A DNA stretch of 63,561 nucleotides, the filler included, from Octopus bimaculoides (Eukaryota), in the NCBI RefSeq assembly GCF_001194135.2. It is 6 parts of 6 records of this genome, joined end to end, with 100 filler letters (N's around TTAATTAATTAA, not from the genome) between each part and the next. Parts side by side here need not be neighbours in the genome. Positions count along the whole stretch, not along the records: positions 12,892 to 39,544 come from NC_068989.1; 5 more parts are not named here. One strand, 5' to 3'. The first letter of the stretch is position 1. Each line of letters opens with the position of its first letter. The notes beneath the pieces were generated by a model. That model was not told the DNA's origin. It was given only the letters and a program-made list of their open reading frames with translations, and searched no databases. Shown here one piece after another: positions 14,205 through 26,640 of the stretch. A program made the position numbers and the translations under genes.

Positions 14205-14680
14205 TCATCATCATCATCCATTTTCCATGCTGGCATGAGTTGGATGGCTTTTAAAATAACTGGTAAGGATAGGGACTGCATAATGTTCCATAGGCTGTTT
14301 TGGCTTGGTTTCTGTGCTGAACGCCCTTCCTAATACCAACCACTCTACAGAGTGTATTGGGTACGTTTTAAGTGGCACGATCACAGGTGCATTTCCAGTG
14401 TCACCAACCACCAGTGCTTTTTATGTGGCACCTTGGTTTTAGGATCTTAATTCTGTTGTGCTGGGCAGGTCTTTTCAAGTATAGCAATGCACCACATATG
14501 TTGATCCTCTGTCCTCTCCTTTGTAAGGATCAGCATTTTGAGATCAGCTTTCATTACTTCACCCCATGTCTTCCTGGGCCTCCCTCTACTTTAAGTGGCC
14601 AACAAACACTTCTTTATGCAACTGTCCTCATCCATCTACATCACATGACCAGACCAACACAATCTCCTCTTTTGCACTTT
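14205..14680 (-). mobile_element. RTE-family 3' UTR/tail fragment
   Basis: (CAT)n then ttccatgctggcatg...cccttcctaataccaaccactc: reverse complement of the RTE tail. Confidence 0.8.
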
Positions 14681-14820
14681 GCACACACTCGCACACATGC
14701 ATGCAAGCAAACACACACACACACACACACACACGCACGCTCGCACACACGCATGCACGCACGCACACACACACACAAAAACAATTAATTATTTTTGGAT
14801 ATTTCTACGATATGTTGCAG

Positions 14821-15025
14821 TTCTGATAACAACTCAGACCACAGTTATACCACAGAAGTACAAAACATAGGTTCTATGGATGGTGACCAAGCATCAAAGG
14901 GTGTCCCAATGAACAGCAACTCTCAGCCAGCAAATGTAGACAACAGCAATCCTAAGATGAAGACAACCGCAGACCTTCTAAAGGAAGCAGCAAGTAATGG
15001 AAAAAAATACATTGCTGCTGGAATG
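14821..15025 (+). CDS. TTC23: TTC23/TTC23L-like gene, first detectable exon (start codon uncertain; in-frame ATG at 14876)
   Basis: Acceptor ttgcAG at 14819-14820, donor GTattt at 15026. Open frame ...MDGDQASKG...KTTADLLKEAASNGKKYIAAGM; phase 0 end matches the phase 0 start of the next exon. Confidence 0.7.
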
Positions 15026-16223
15026 GTATTTTACTTTTTTAACCATTTGTTTCATTTTATTTTGTTTTATGATATTTTTCCATGCTATTATAAGTTATAA
15101 GGATATGTATTAAGGAACTGTTTTACAGCTGGATACTGTTCCTGTTTGTTTAAATCTTACCTGTTATTCAAGAAACAGATTTTTTTCATTCTGCTTGTTT
15201 TGAAAGTACAGTGCTGAAACATAATTTGTTAGGAAGATTTGTCAGCTGACACCACAAAATTTTGATTTATACTTTCATGCAAGGACACTGAGTGAAATAT
15301 TAACATGAACATAAGCATGCACGCACACATGCATGTATGCACATGCACATGAACACACACGTACACACACACACACACACACACACACTTTCTTTCTCTT
15401 TATTTATGGGTTAACAATGCAAGCAATAATTTCGTGTTCACAATTCACAATTGTTCAAACATACCATGTGGAAGTGTTGGTACTCGTCTCCATTTTGGAT
15501 GAGAAAATGCAACATTATATGAGACTACAGAAGTATCTTAGAAGTATTTTAGAAGCTCGCGAGCTGCAATAATCCTTTTGATTGTTAAATTTTAATTTTT
15601 AATCTTAAATATATTCCCTTAAGTTAGGCATCTATTTCTAGCATTTTAGCTTTTCTACTGACCACTGAACTAATTATTCTTTCTGACCACACTGAACCTA
15701 AAATTCATTTTTTTAATTAACAGCCATAAATACCTTCTTTCTCCATTTTACCAAAACTTTAACCCCTGACCTCTCATCCCAAACCTACCCTAATGAAGAA
15801 TAATACTGGCATCTTATCTCTTATTTTTATGTTTATTTAAAAATTTTTTATTTAACTTTTGCTCTCATTCATTCTTTCTAGCACCTATCTCATTCCTTTC
15901 TTTTCTTTCTTCTATTCACTCATTCACAACCCCTACCTGTCTATCATGATGTCTATCTCTCTCACTTTATACAACCACTTGGACCATTTTCATACTAGCT
16001 CACCGCTTGATCTATCCCTTCAATATGAATGCAACATTCAAAATACTGCCAAAATACTGCCTGAATCTACCTGAGATTATACTTAAGGACCTATAACTTC
16101 ATGGAGGTATGGACCTACCTCCATACCCACTGGAAGAAGATCAGCTGTGAACTTTATTCTCCTATCTTTATTCTTCTATCTACTGTTTTATTCCTTTATA
16201 CACTGTGAATTCTCTATCTAGAA

Positions 16224-16549
16224 CAGTGCTTCTTAACCTGAGGGGCATCAGTAATTTTCAGTGGGGGTGTGAGCCCTTGAGAAAAAGCAAGAATTTCTCT
16301 AATGATATTTGTTATTCTCTTAATGAGAGTATAGACAAATAATGAGAAATTTATGAAAAAATGCAAAAGTATCGCCTTATACCTTTAGTTTTCTTATTCT
16401 TCTATCTTAGTGCTACTTACCATTTTCTGTGCTTATTGACCCTGCTTCATATCCCTCAAAACCCTCACTAATTCTGAATTGTAGCTTTAACATTTGCCTT
16501 TATTTTGTAATTCTTTTTGTTACAACAAGACTCAGTTTAAGAACCACTG
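16224..16549. mobile_element. hAT/Charlie-like MITE
   Basis: Imperfect TIRs CAGTGCTTCTTAACCTG / CAGTTTAAGAACCACTG. Left flank ATCTAGAA fits the Charlie NTCTAGAN target preference, but the right flank does not repeat it. Confidence 0.55.
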
Positions 16550-16702
16550 GTATTAAGTTTAGATATTATTAATGTGTAAAGACAAACATCTTTTTCAGTT
16601 AATAGATTATAAACAAGTTTGATCCACAGTTTTCATATATATGAAATAATGTGAATCTTAAAAATCAAGAGACACGCTGAAACATTATCAAATGATTATA
16701 GT

Positions 16703-17593
16703 AACATCATCATCATCATCATTTAACATCTGTTGTCCATGCTGGCATGGGTTGGATGGTTTCACTGGGCTGGCACACTGGAAGGCTGCACCAGGATCCA
16801 GTCTGATTTGGCATGGTTTTCTACAGCCAGATGCCCTTCCTAACGCCAACCACTCTGAAGTGTAATGGGTGCTTTTGTGTGCCACCAGCACAGGTGCCAT
16901 TTGCGTGACACCAGTATCTGTCATGACTGTGATTTTGCTTGGCTTGATGAGTCTTCTTCTCAAGCACAATGTATTGCCAAAGGTCTTGGTCATTGCCTCA
17001 ATACTTGAAAGGAGCTTAGACACTTTGCCTCCATGAGGCCCAATGCTCATAAGGAACTCAGTTGCTTTGCTTCCACAAGGCCTCATGCTCGAAAGGTACT
17101 CAGCCACTTTGCCTCCATGAGACCTGACGTTCAAAGGTTGATCTTTTTACATGCCACCAGCATGGGTGCACTTGGCTTGATGGGTCCTTTTAAAGAGAGC
17201 ACACCACCAAAGGTCTCAGTTACTAGTCATTGCCTCTTTGAGGTTCAAAGTTCAAAGGTCATGCTTCACTGCCTCATCCCATGCCTTCCTGGGTCTACCC
17301 CTATCACTTGTCCCCTCCACAGTTAGAGATCGGCACTTCTTCACACAAGTGTCCTCATCCATACGTATCACATGACTATACCAGCACAGTCGTCTCTCTT
17401 GCATACCACATCTGATTCGTCTTATGCCTAACCTTTCTCTCAAGATGCTTACACTCTGTTGAACATACGTTGCACATCCAGCAAAGTATACTGGCTTCAT
17501 TCTTCTCAAACCTACACATGTCCTCGGCTGTCATAGTCCATGTTTCACTGTCATGCAGCATAGCAGTTCACACACAGGCATTAAACAATCTGC
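16703..17593 (-). mobile_element. RTE LINE 3' fragment (ORF2 C-terminus and UTR)
   Basis: ORFs 17376-17561 (LHDSETW) and 17252-17509 (WYSHVIRMDEDTCVKKC...RGRPRKAW); (CAT)n tail at about 16706-16720. Confidence 0.88.
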
Positions 17594-18149
17594 CTAAGAA
17601 ATATTAACTTAATTTTTTTAAATTGTAAACTATTTAAAAATTTTAGCAAGATGCGAAGTATGATATATATAAAAATAGGAAATAAAGCAAAAAGTATGTA
17701 ATAGGTTCTACTATTGCTCAATTCAATAAAATCTGAAAACATTAAAACACAAATTAGAATAATTTAAAATTTTAACAATAAAACCAAAGTTTTTAATATT
17801 AAATACTTATGTTAAAAATGTAGTAAATTTTTTTGTAAGAAAAATAATTATAATATAAAGCCAAATGTTATACTAAAATTCAGATTTAAATATTACAGAA
17901 AGTACTAGGTAAAACTAAAAGCTATGCAAAATCTTTTCTTTTTTAAAGAAATTTTTTTGAATATGTTTTCCTACAAATAAATACAATATTTTATTGTACA
18001 AATTTTTCGTATAACTTTTCTTTTAATTTAACTTTTATTCCAAATTTTTTTGTTTTAATTTTTTTCTGAACTTTTTACTCCAAGCGTTCTAACTTGGGCC
18101 TTGACATTATCTTACATGTGCTTTATCTTTTGATCACATATTTGTGTTG

Positions 18150-19045
18150 TCCACTGCACATCAAATAATTTGCAATGAGTGCAAAGAAATGGAAATATCT
18201 TGATGAATATATTCGATTTGGATTTGTGTCCCTCCAAAAGGATGACACTGAAGTCCCCCAGTGTGTGATGTGTTACAAAACTCTGAGCCATGATGGAATG
18301 CGACTCTAACGCTTGGAACACTACTTGAGGACAATACATCCTGCTCTTATAGACAAGCCCAAGGCATTCTTTGAAACAAAAAGACATTCCTTGAAGCAAG
18401 CTAAGTTGGACGGTAGTGAGCTATTTCGGCAACAAACTTCAATAGTTATTGAGGCTATGAGATCGCCATGTTGATTGCAAAGAGCAAGAAGAGCCCTAAC
18501 ATCAGAGAGTCTCTCATAAACCAAGACTACTCTGTGCAGAACTCGTTCTGGAGAAAGATGGGGCAAACAAGCTTTCACAGATTTCACTATCAAATGATAC
18601 AGTCAAGGGAAGGATTGATGACTTGTCTCAAGGCATCAAAGATCAAATTCTCGACCAAATAAGAGATTCTCTTGTTTTTACCATTCAGTGTGACGAAACG
18701 GCTGACATTGCTCAGTGTTCTCAGCTACTGGTATATGCTCGTTTTGTGTCAGGCAACTGTGTAAAAGAGATGTTCTGTCACCCTATGGATAATTGTACAA
18801 CAGCAACAGCTATCTTTCGTGATGTATCAAACTTCTTTCAGGAAAACCAACTTTCGTGTGATTCACTGGTAGGGGTGTGCACAGATGAAGCTCCAGCCAT
18901 GCTTGGTCGGCAGTCTGGATTCATGAATAGGGTAAAAGAAAAAAAATCCATCTGTTGTAGGTACACACTACATGCTTCATTGCGAAGCCTCAGCATCCAG
19001 AACCTTACCTACTGAATTGAGAAATTTCCTGAACATGGCTATCAA
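18150..19045 (+). mobile_element. hAT transposase relic, Buster/ZBED5-ZBED8-like
   Basis: BED-finger-like PQCVMCYKTLS, SLSNDTV, IQCDETADIAQCSQLLVYARFV and VCTDEAPAMLG motifs across frameshifted ORFs; cut off by a SINE at about 19050. Confidence 0.88.
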
Positions 19046-19049
19046 GGTT

Positions 19050-19416
19050 ATTCTTTTACTCTTTTACTTGTTTCAGTCATTTAACTGCAGCCACGCTGGA
19101 GCATCGCCTTTAGGCGACCCCAGGACTTATTCTTTGTAAGCCTAGTACTTATTCTAGTACTTATTCTTGTACTTATCAGTCTCTTTTGCCGAACTGCTAA
19201 GTTACGGGTACATAAACACACCAGCATTGGTTGTCATGCAATGTTGGGGGACAAACACAGACACACATACATATATATATATATATATACATACATATAT
19301 ACGACGGGCTTCTTTCAATTTCTGTCTACCAAATCCATTCACAAGGCTTTGGTCGGCCTGAGGCTATAGTAGAAGACACTTTGCCCAAGGTGCCATGCAG
19401 TGAGAATGAACCCGAA
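19050..19416 (-). mobile_element. tRNA-derived SINE (family B)
   Basis: Minus strand gggttcattctcactgcatggcaccttgggcaaagtgtcttctactatagcc...gactgaaacaagtaaaag. Related copies at about 20420-20515(-), 22283-22420(+), 28230-28330(+), 31335-31480(-), 33045-33200(+), 33690-34070(+), 41920-41990(+) and 58105-58375(-). Confidence 0.85.
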
Positions 19417-19419
19417 GTT

Positions 19420-20420
19420 CGCCTTTTATAGAACCATGACTAATGTTGCAGTTTGCCTTCTCTTTCTTAGACAGGTCCAAAGGGAGTTTGAAACAGGAAT
19501 GAGTTGTGCAGTCACCACTTAGCAGAGTTGCAGCTATTCCACTTGACGCCACTGCTATGGCAATGTGTTTCATTTGGCGCAGTTTAGCCAGAAGAAGGTT
19601 GATGACAATGTTTTACCAGTTCCACCTGGAGCATCCAGAAAGAAAAGACCTCCTCTTTCATTTTCAGTGCTCGAAATAATGGTCTTATAAACACCCAGTT
19701 AGTCCTCCATCAGTTTGTGTTCTTTATCAGCTATATACACCGTCATTTCCTTGATGTCATAGCTGATTTCTTGCAGGTACTCAATTGCGAAATTGTTTGC
19801 TGCCTGCTCCGGTTGAGGCAGACCAAATGTGGAATTGCCTTGACGTCCCATAGCTTGCACTCAAATGTCCAGGTCAAGTAATACCTCGTTGCAATTGGTG
19901 TTATTGAACGTGGCAATTTCTACTGAGGTTTTCCTTTGAATCCTTTGTAGGATGTCCTCTGCCATGCTGGTTTTGTGGGTTGCCCAAAGCTTGAAAGGTT
20001 CACTCAAGTCACATGTCATCGACATGATAGAAAATTGTAGGTGCAGTTGACTTAGTACTGTGCTGACTGCTGCCTCCTCCAGTGTCTGGTCCCAGTGAGC
20101 ATCATCCTCAAGTAGTCCATGTTTGGCGCAGGCTTCTCTGTAGGTTATGCAGACTTCCCCATTGTGTCTTTGAAAGTCTGTGAATGATGTAGGACTTCTG
20201 ACAGTGTGCAGCAGTAGATGCAGAAAGAAGCACTCCCGCTGATTAGGGTGCACAGTGTATACCCACCCGATGTCCCTACTTCTGAAGACAGCATCTTCTT
20301 CCCAGCCCTCAATGCATGCTCATTGCTTGCGTATGTTCCATCTATTGTGTGCCCTGGGTTATACGAGAACACAGAAGAATTTGAAACTACATGCTTAGGA
20401 AGCAAACTGCTTCACAACCT
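19420..20420 (-). mobile_element. Helitron Rep/helicase fragment
   Basis: HPNQRECFFLHLLLHTVRSPTSF...YREAC..GLLEDD (Helitron RepHel) and PIF1-type AVASSGIAATLL..T.HS.FKLPL, downstream of a degenerate DAPGGTGKT. Confidence 0.92.
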
Positions 20421-20974
20421 AGTCATGTCTGTACCTAAGAGGCCATACAGAGAGACTGAACTCAAAACCAATGTGCTTGGGATTTAAACTTCTTAAATGC
20501 ACAACTAGCATGGGAATGCATATATAAAGCATATCCATAAAGTCATGGTGGGTTTCAAAACTATTTATTGATGTAACTTGCAACACTGCACATTTCATAT
20601 ACATGTTGAATAAGAGACCAACTAAAAAGAGTTTGTATACAGTTTAGTGCAGTTCAATGTGGTTTCCATTTGTTGCCCTGCACACATTTAATCAATACCC
20701 CAGTTAGACGAGTATGACTTTATAGACACACTGTATGTGTGTGTGCATATCTGTGTGTCTGTAAGTGCAAGTGTGTGTGCATGTTTGTGTGTCTGTAAAT
20801 ACATGTGTGTTTTTGTGTGTGTGTATATATATATATAGATATATTTAGCTAAATATATCACTGCTCTAATGTTTTAGAGTGTGCTTCTTTTATGGATATA
20901 TGAATTACTGATGATTTATATACATGTGTGTGTATACATATCTATATCTATATCTATCTGTCTGTCTGTCTATT

Positions 20975-21016
<42 letters not shown>

Positions 21017-21255
21017 CACATGTATATAGTAACTCATATATACACTGATCTCATTGTTTTCTTGGAATACAGAATAGTTGGTGCATGACTGGCCATATAG
21101 GTTATGGATATCCAAAGATCAGTGTAGGTGAATATATTCCAAATTATTACACTTTGTGCATCAATGATTTTAGTGTTAAGATATAAAAACAACTTATTGC
21201 AGCTCCAGTGACATGTCATCATGATCGCAGTAATGTTATTCTTTTTTTCTTCCAG

Positions 21256-21379
21256 ATAAATGAAGCCATTCATGAATTCATACGGGCTATGACATTGACA
21301 AGAGTGATATTTGGTTCCATGCACTGGCAGCTGGCTGCCAGTTATGTTTCATTAGCTGAAACCTACCTTCAAGGAAAAG
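21256..21379 (+). CDS. TTC23: TTC23/TTC23L-like exon (TPR region)
   Basis: Polypyrimidine tract plus ccAG acceptor, donor GTatat at 21380. Encodes INEAIHEFIRAMTLTRVIFGSMHWQLAASYVSLAETYLQGK, which matches recalled vertebrate TTC23 ([38 protein letters not shown]). 124 nt, ends in phase 1. Confidence 0.88.
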
Positions 21380-22772
21380 GTATATATTTTACCTCTAAGC
21401 TACACTTTCATAATATTTGTTTATGATGTTTTTTGTTGTTTAGTTCTAAGTCACCTCTCACTGAACTGGCATATGAATAAAAGTATTCTAGTTATGAGCA
21501 TCACATTTTTTTGTCTTTCTGTGAGAGTTTATCTAAGATTGCATTAAGGAGGGTATAGTTTGAGGGAGATTTAGCTGCTCATTCTGCCTAGCTGTGTGGC
21601 CATGTAATGGAATTCATGTACAGCATGAATTCATAGCTAAGCTCTCTCTTCTGCAGTTTCTTCAAAAGAACCTTGATAAAGTGATGTATATATGTGTGTG
21701 TGCACGCGCACACACACATGCATATACATATATATGTACACAAAAATGCAATACATATATACTCATACATTATCTAAGTGAGGATGAAGTGAAATGATAA
21801 TATCGATGATGATGATAATGATATTGATATATGTGCTTCTATAAGAACATAGACTTCTTAAAGTTTCATTCTTCATTCAGTATAATATTTATCCACTATA
21901 ATATCCAATATAATATTTAATAACATGAAGGTTCAGGTCAATTTGTTCTTTAATATATTTGCAATATATATTTAATATAATGTTGAAATCACTTAATATG
22001 TATAAAATTTATATAAAAGTATTTCCTGTTATTTTATTGAATGATTTTAACATTATATTGAATGATATATATTGATTGCATAATTACATATTTGATTTTA
22101 ATTTGAATAAATTTTTGAGATCTTAAACATCTGTTGTTCAAAGCATAAAATTCCAAAGACTGTTTAAAAGATGCATAAAAAATAAATATATTAGAGGAGG
22201 TTTTGTAAAAACTCATACTTAGATAATAAATGTTATTCTTCTGTGATAGTACAGCCATTTAACATCATTGTCAGAGTTATAACTGTGGTTGATATATTTG
22301 TTTTGCAACCACATGGCTTTGGGTGCATTCCTGCTGTGTGGTACCTACTATAGCCTCAGGTCAACCTATGCTTTATGAGTGAATTTGGTAAACGGAAACT
22401 ATAGAAACCTATTGTAGTATAAAAGTAGACATGTTGTGTAAATATTCAAACACCATCACTGTCATTTCAAATCCTGCTGCATTTCAAAAATAACTTTTGG
22501 TCTTCTAAAATTGTCTTGGTGTATAAGTTGATCTACTGTTTTTGGCTATTAATTTTAATCTGAAAATTTTGACTTGTGTGCTGGAAAATATGATAATTGC
22601 AACAGTCTGGGAGAGCCGGCAATGGTCATGCCAATGCTATTTCTACCCTGATTTACTTATACATGTAAAACAGAAAAAGAAAAGTGAGAGAGAATTGCAG
22701 AGAGCATATTATATCAAAGTTTTTCCTTCCAAAGACTGCTTTTTCTTCCAAAGTATATTTCTTTGTGTGTAG

Positions 22773-22932
22773 GTTTCACTGCCCAGGCAGAATATCATGC
22801 TGAGAGAGCGAAATCTTTGATGCTTGATTCCAATATCCATATTGCTACTAATAATGCTGACAAGTTGTCCATGTACAACATGCTTGTTAATTTACACCAT
22901 ATATTGGCTGTAACAAAATGCTCAGAGAAAAA
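22773..22932 (+). CDS. TTC23: TTC23/TTC23L-like exon ending at a U12-type donor
   Basis: Acceptor tgtAG at 22771-22772; G+GT completes Gly across the phase 1 junction. Encodes GFTAQAEYHAERAKSLML...HHILAVTKCSEK(K), similar to TTC23 GLSLQAKQHAEKARQIL. No GT donor before the in-frame stop at 22943, but ATATCCTTT begins at 22933. Confidence 0.85.
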
Positions 22933-22942
22933 ATATCCTTTT
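22933..22942 (+). other. U12-type (minor spliceosome, AT-AC subtype) 5' splice site
   Basis: ATATCCTTTT matches the RTATCCTTT U12 donor consensus and lies exactly where the TTC23-like reading frame must be interrupted. Confidence 0.8.
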
Positions 22943-23007
22943 TGATAGGCACCAATTTAAAAAAAAAGCTTTTTGTTTGTATTTTGTCAATATTTCTCCG
23001 AGCATAA

Positions 23008-23222
23008 TGGCGGTGAGCTGGTAGAAACGTTAGCATGCTGGGCGAAATGCCTCGCAGTATTTCGTCTGTCTTTACGTTCTGAGCTCAAATTCTGCCGAGG
23101 ACGAATTTGCCTTTCATCCTTTTGGGGTCGATAAATTAAGTACCAGTTGTGTACTGGGGTCAAGCTAATTGACTGGCCCCACCCCAAAAATTTCGAGCTT
23201 TGTGCCTAGAATAGAAAAAAAT
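23008..23222 (+). mobile_element. SINE family A, full length
   Basis: GGCGGTGAGCTGGTAGAAACG A-box, GAGCTCAAATTC B-box, conserved body and A-rich end. Confidence 0.88.
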
Positions 23223-23280
23223 AATTCTCCAAATAAATTAGTTGTTTATTTACACTAGCTTTTATAATATACTATATATT

Positions 23281-23430
23281 TATGTCTTTATTGCCCACAG
23301 GAGGCTAAACATAGAGGGGACAAACAAGGACAGACAAATGTATTAAGGCGATTACATTGACCCTAGTGCATAACTGGTACTTATTCAATCGACCCTGAAA
23401 GGATGAAAGCAAAGTCGACCTCGGCGGAAT
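23281..23430 (-). mobile_element. 5'-truncated SINE family A with 22-bp target-site duplication
   Basis: CTTTTATAATATACTATATATT is present at both 23259-23280 and 23431-23452. Confidence 0.85.
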
Positions 23431-24328
23431 CTTTTATAATATACTATATATTGACACATACAAGACCTGTAATGGAATGGCCAAGAGAATCAAATCCACT
23501 ACTTGACTGGTATATATTTTATTTAGCTGGAAAGGATGAAAGGCAAAGGCTGAATGTGGCTGCCAGAACAAGGAGTGAAACATACTGAATCTGCTAATCT
23601 ATAACATTCTGTAGAAGTATATATTGAAATGAATTAAAAATTGGTGAACTATTTTGCTACCATTGTACCCTCTCACACTGTGTCTCTTTTCTNNNNNNNN
23701 NNTATATATATATATTTATATATATAGTATGTGTGCATATGTATATGTATGTAGGCAATTATGTGGATAAACAAATTAGATATTAAATATAACTGTTTGG
23801 AATGAAATACAAAATATGTATATATGTATACATAGAAAACAAAAGAAAGCAAAATGTGGAGACTTTCAGATGATGAATATTTAAGTATAAATATATAGAT
23901 ATTTATATTAATAGATCCATCTTAGAGTAAAACAACAGGGAAAATTAAAGTCTCCATATTTTGCTTTCTCTCATTTTGCATGTATACATATATAAATATT
24001 TTGTATTTCATACTCCAATTGTTATATTTAATATACCTAATTTGTTTATCCTCATAATTGCCTCTATATCTGCTCAACTTGATCCCTCTTATAACCATTT
24101 TTTACTCCGTGGAATTGACCCCTGTAAAGACATCGGAGTCTAAGTTTGAATCATCTGAGAACTACTAAGTGTCTTCTATACTGAGAATCTCTGGATTTCA
24201 TCTGTGAACTATATGTATATGTGTGTATTTATATGTGTGTGTATGTGTACACATATTCGTATGTGTTTGTGTGGATACATATACTTGTGTTTGTGTACAT
24301 ATGTATGAATAAATGTGTATATACATTA

Positions 24329-24417
<89 letters not shown>

Positions 24418-24749
24418 TTTATGTACCTCTGATGTTATCCCTGGCAATGTGTATCTCTCTTGGACAGTACCCCCTCCACACTTTACATCATTTGTGCTGC
24501 CACTTACCTCCTTCATCCACTCCTAATTTCCTCCATCTCCAGCCTTCCTCTCCAACAAAAAAGGATATTCACAATTGATCATGTGTCCAATCATATTTGC
24601 CATTCACTGATTTCACTTCTATCCCCATCACTATTCTTTCACACTCTTACAGACATAGCTATAACTCACTCTGTCCAATTCCCTATACTAATCATCTCTG
24701 TTTTCTTACTGACATAAACATGTAACTCCTCTACAGCAAAACAGCTGTT

Positions 24750-25060
24750 CCTATCTCTCTGTCATACTTTAACCATTCATCACTTGGCATAAAGCCACCT
24801 CCATCAATTGAGGAGCCCTGTCTTGTGAGTTACTTGGTAACCTCACTAGTGCTGGTGCCACATAAAATGCATCTAGTACACTCAGTAGAGTGGCTGTTAT
24901 TAAGAAGGTCATTCAGCCAGAGAAACTAATGCCAGAGTCTACATTGGGACCTGGTGCAGTCCTCTCACTTGCTAACTTCTCTTGTATAATCCAACCCATG
25001 CCAGCTTGGTAAACAAACATTAAATGGTGATGATGATGCTGATGATAATGATGATAATGA
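24750..25060 (+). mobile_element. RTE-type tail variant ending in (GAT)n
   Basis: gctggtgccacataaaatgca...aacccatgccagc...(tga)n; similar sequence at about 35050-35235. Confidence 0.65.
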
Positions 25061-25199
25061 TAATGTACACACGCGCGCTCATGCACACACACACACACAC
25101 ATACACACACACACACACACATACACACACATCTGTTTAACTCTTTCTCCTTCCTTTGTTGCTCTTCTCAACTTTTGTTCACTCTTGACATTAAAAGTT

Positions 25200-26640
25200 T
25201 GTATACTGTGATCCCACACAATGAAGGACCTCTTGTGTTTAAACACTTCCTTGACCTTTAGTCTGACCCTCAACCTGACGCCTACGCACTTCTTCGTCTG
25301 GCTGAACTTGTCCTCTCCTTTAACTGCTTCTTGTTCACAGGTTAGTTTTACTAACAAGTCTCAGAAGTGGCCATGGGAAAGAGAATGGACTCCAACTATG
25401 CAAGTCTGTTTGGTGGCTACATTAAGGTCCAAATATTCTCACAATTCACTGGTCCCACTCCCAAGCTATATGTTCATTATATCAATGACTGTATTGGCAT
25501 GACCTCACTCTCCCACGAACTACTGGACTTCTTCCTTTCCTTTGTCCAATCCTTCCATCCTGCCTTCAAATTCTCCTGCACTATCTCTAACTCTTCCATC
25601 AAACTTCTCAACATTTTTGTCAGCATACACCACTTCACTCTCGCTAACTTCTTCCACTACAAACACACTGACTCACACTCCTACCTTAACTTCTCCTTAA
25701 CTTCATCTTATGTGGATACCCCACTACTGTTATCCACATTGCCCTTGCCCGAGCATGATCTGTTGACCAGGCCTGTGCTCTTTCTTCTCACACCTGCCCC
25801 ATCCTTACCCATCTCTTATTTCCCTTCACCTAACCCTACCCCTAAATCCTAACCTTACCTCTACATTCTAACCCTAAACTTACCCCTCAAACACACCATT
25901 TTCTGAGCCTCCCAGTGACTGCAGTCCAACCCCTCCACCTTGCACATCTTCCATAACCTACCCCTTCCTTTTTCAAATGAACCCATAACCTGCATGACCA
26001 CCAAGTCCACAGTTTCTTCCCTACCACTGCCTCCCAGCCTGGCTCCTTCCCCTGCTCCTGCTCATGCCGTTGCACTGACCTCTCCAACACCACAAGTCTC
26101 ACTGGCACCCATCACTGTCCCTATCATGTCACTGACTCCTTTACCTGCACCTCTATTAATGTCATTTACTGCATCTCCTGCTCTCTCTGTTCTTCGCTGT
26201 ACATTGAGATGCCGCTTAGCTGACCAGTTTGCAGAGCACCTCCAAGCAAACAAACTCAGCAATGACACCCTGGTCTTGTGCCACTTCCACTGTACCTGTC
26301 ATTTGCTACAACATCTGTCTGTGTTCGGTCTTTCTCTGCATAGAGTCCATCTGGACTCTCGCCTTCGCCGTGAATTAATCTTCTCTTGCCATTTCTTTGC
26401 GCCACATGGGTTCAACTCACTTTATCCAGTCATCTCACCATGTTGGACTGTTGAACTTTGCACAGTTTTTCTTTTCCCATTTTTTCATTGTCTGTCCATT
26501 TTTACATCTTAATCCTTTCTGCCGAAGAGCATTGGCTTGAAACATAAAAGACTTTTCCATTTTTCCAGAGCGTTAAACTAATGCACCTGCTTGTTATTCC
26601 TACACCTGTCTTCGTCTTTTGTTTTCTGTAAATTTGAATT
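25200..26640 (+). mobile_element. Penelope-like element relic (RT, GIY-YIG endonuclease, 3' pLTR)
   Basis: AMGKRMDSNYASLFGGY...HYINDCI...FHPAFKFS...YKHTDSHSYL (PLE RT); FTCTSINVIYCISC and RLADQFAEHL...HF...PHGFN (GIY-YIG); tail with hammerhead-like motif at 26514-26551; ends at (TA)n. Confidence 0.88.

Noticed and set aside
25684-25702. CCTTAAC motifs as the U12 branch point for the TTC23 intron (also 30449, 35702)
   Set aside because: They lie inside TE sequence or lack a following AC acceptor with an open TTC23-like exon.
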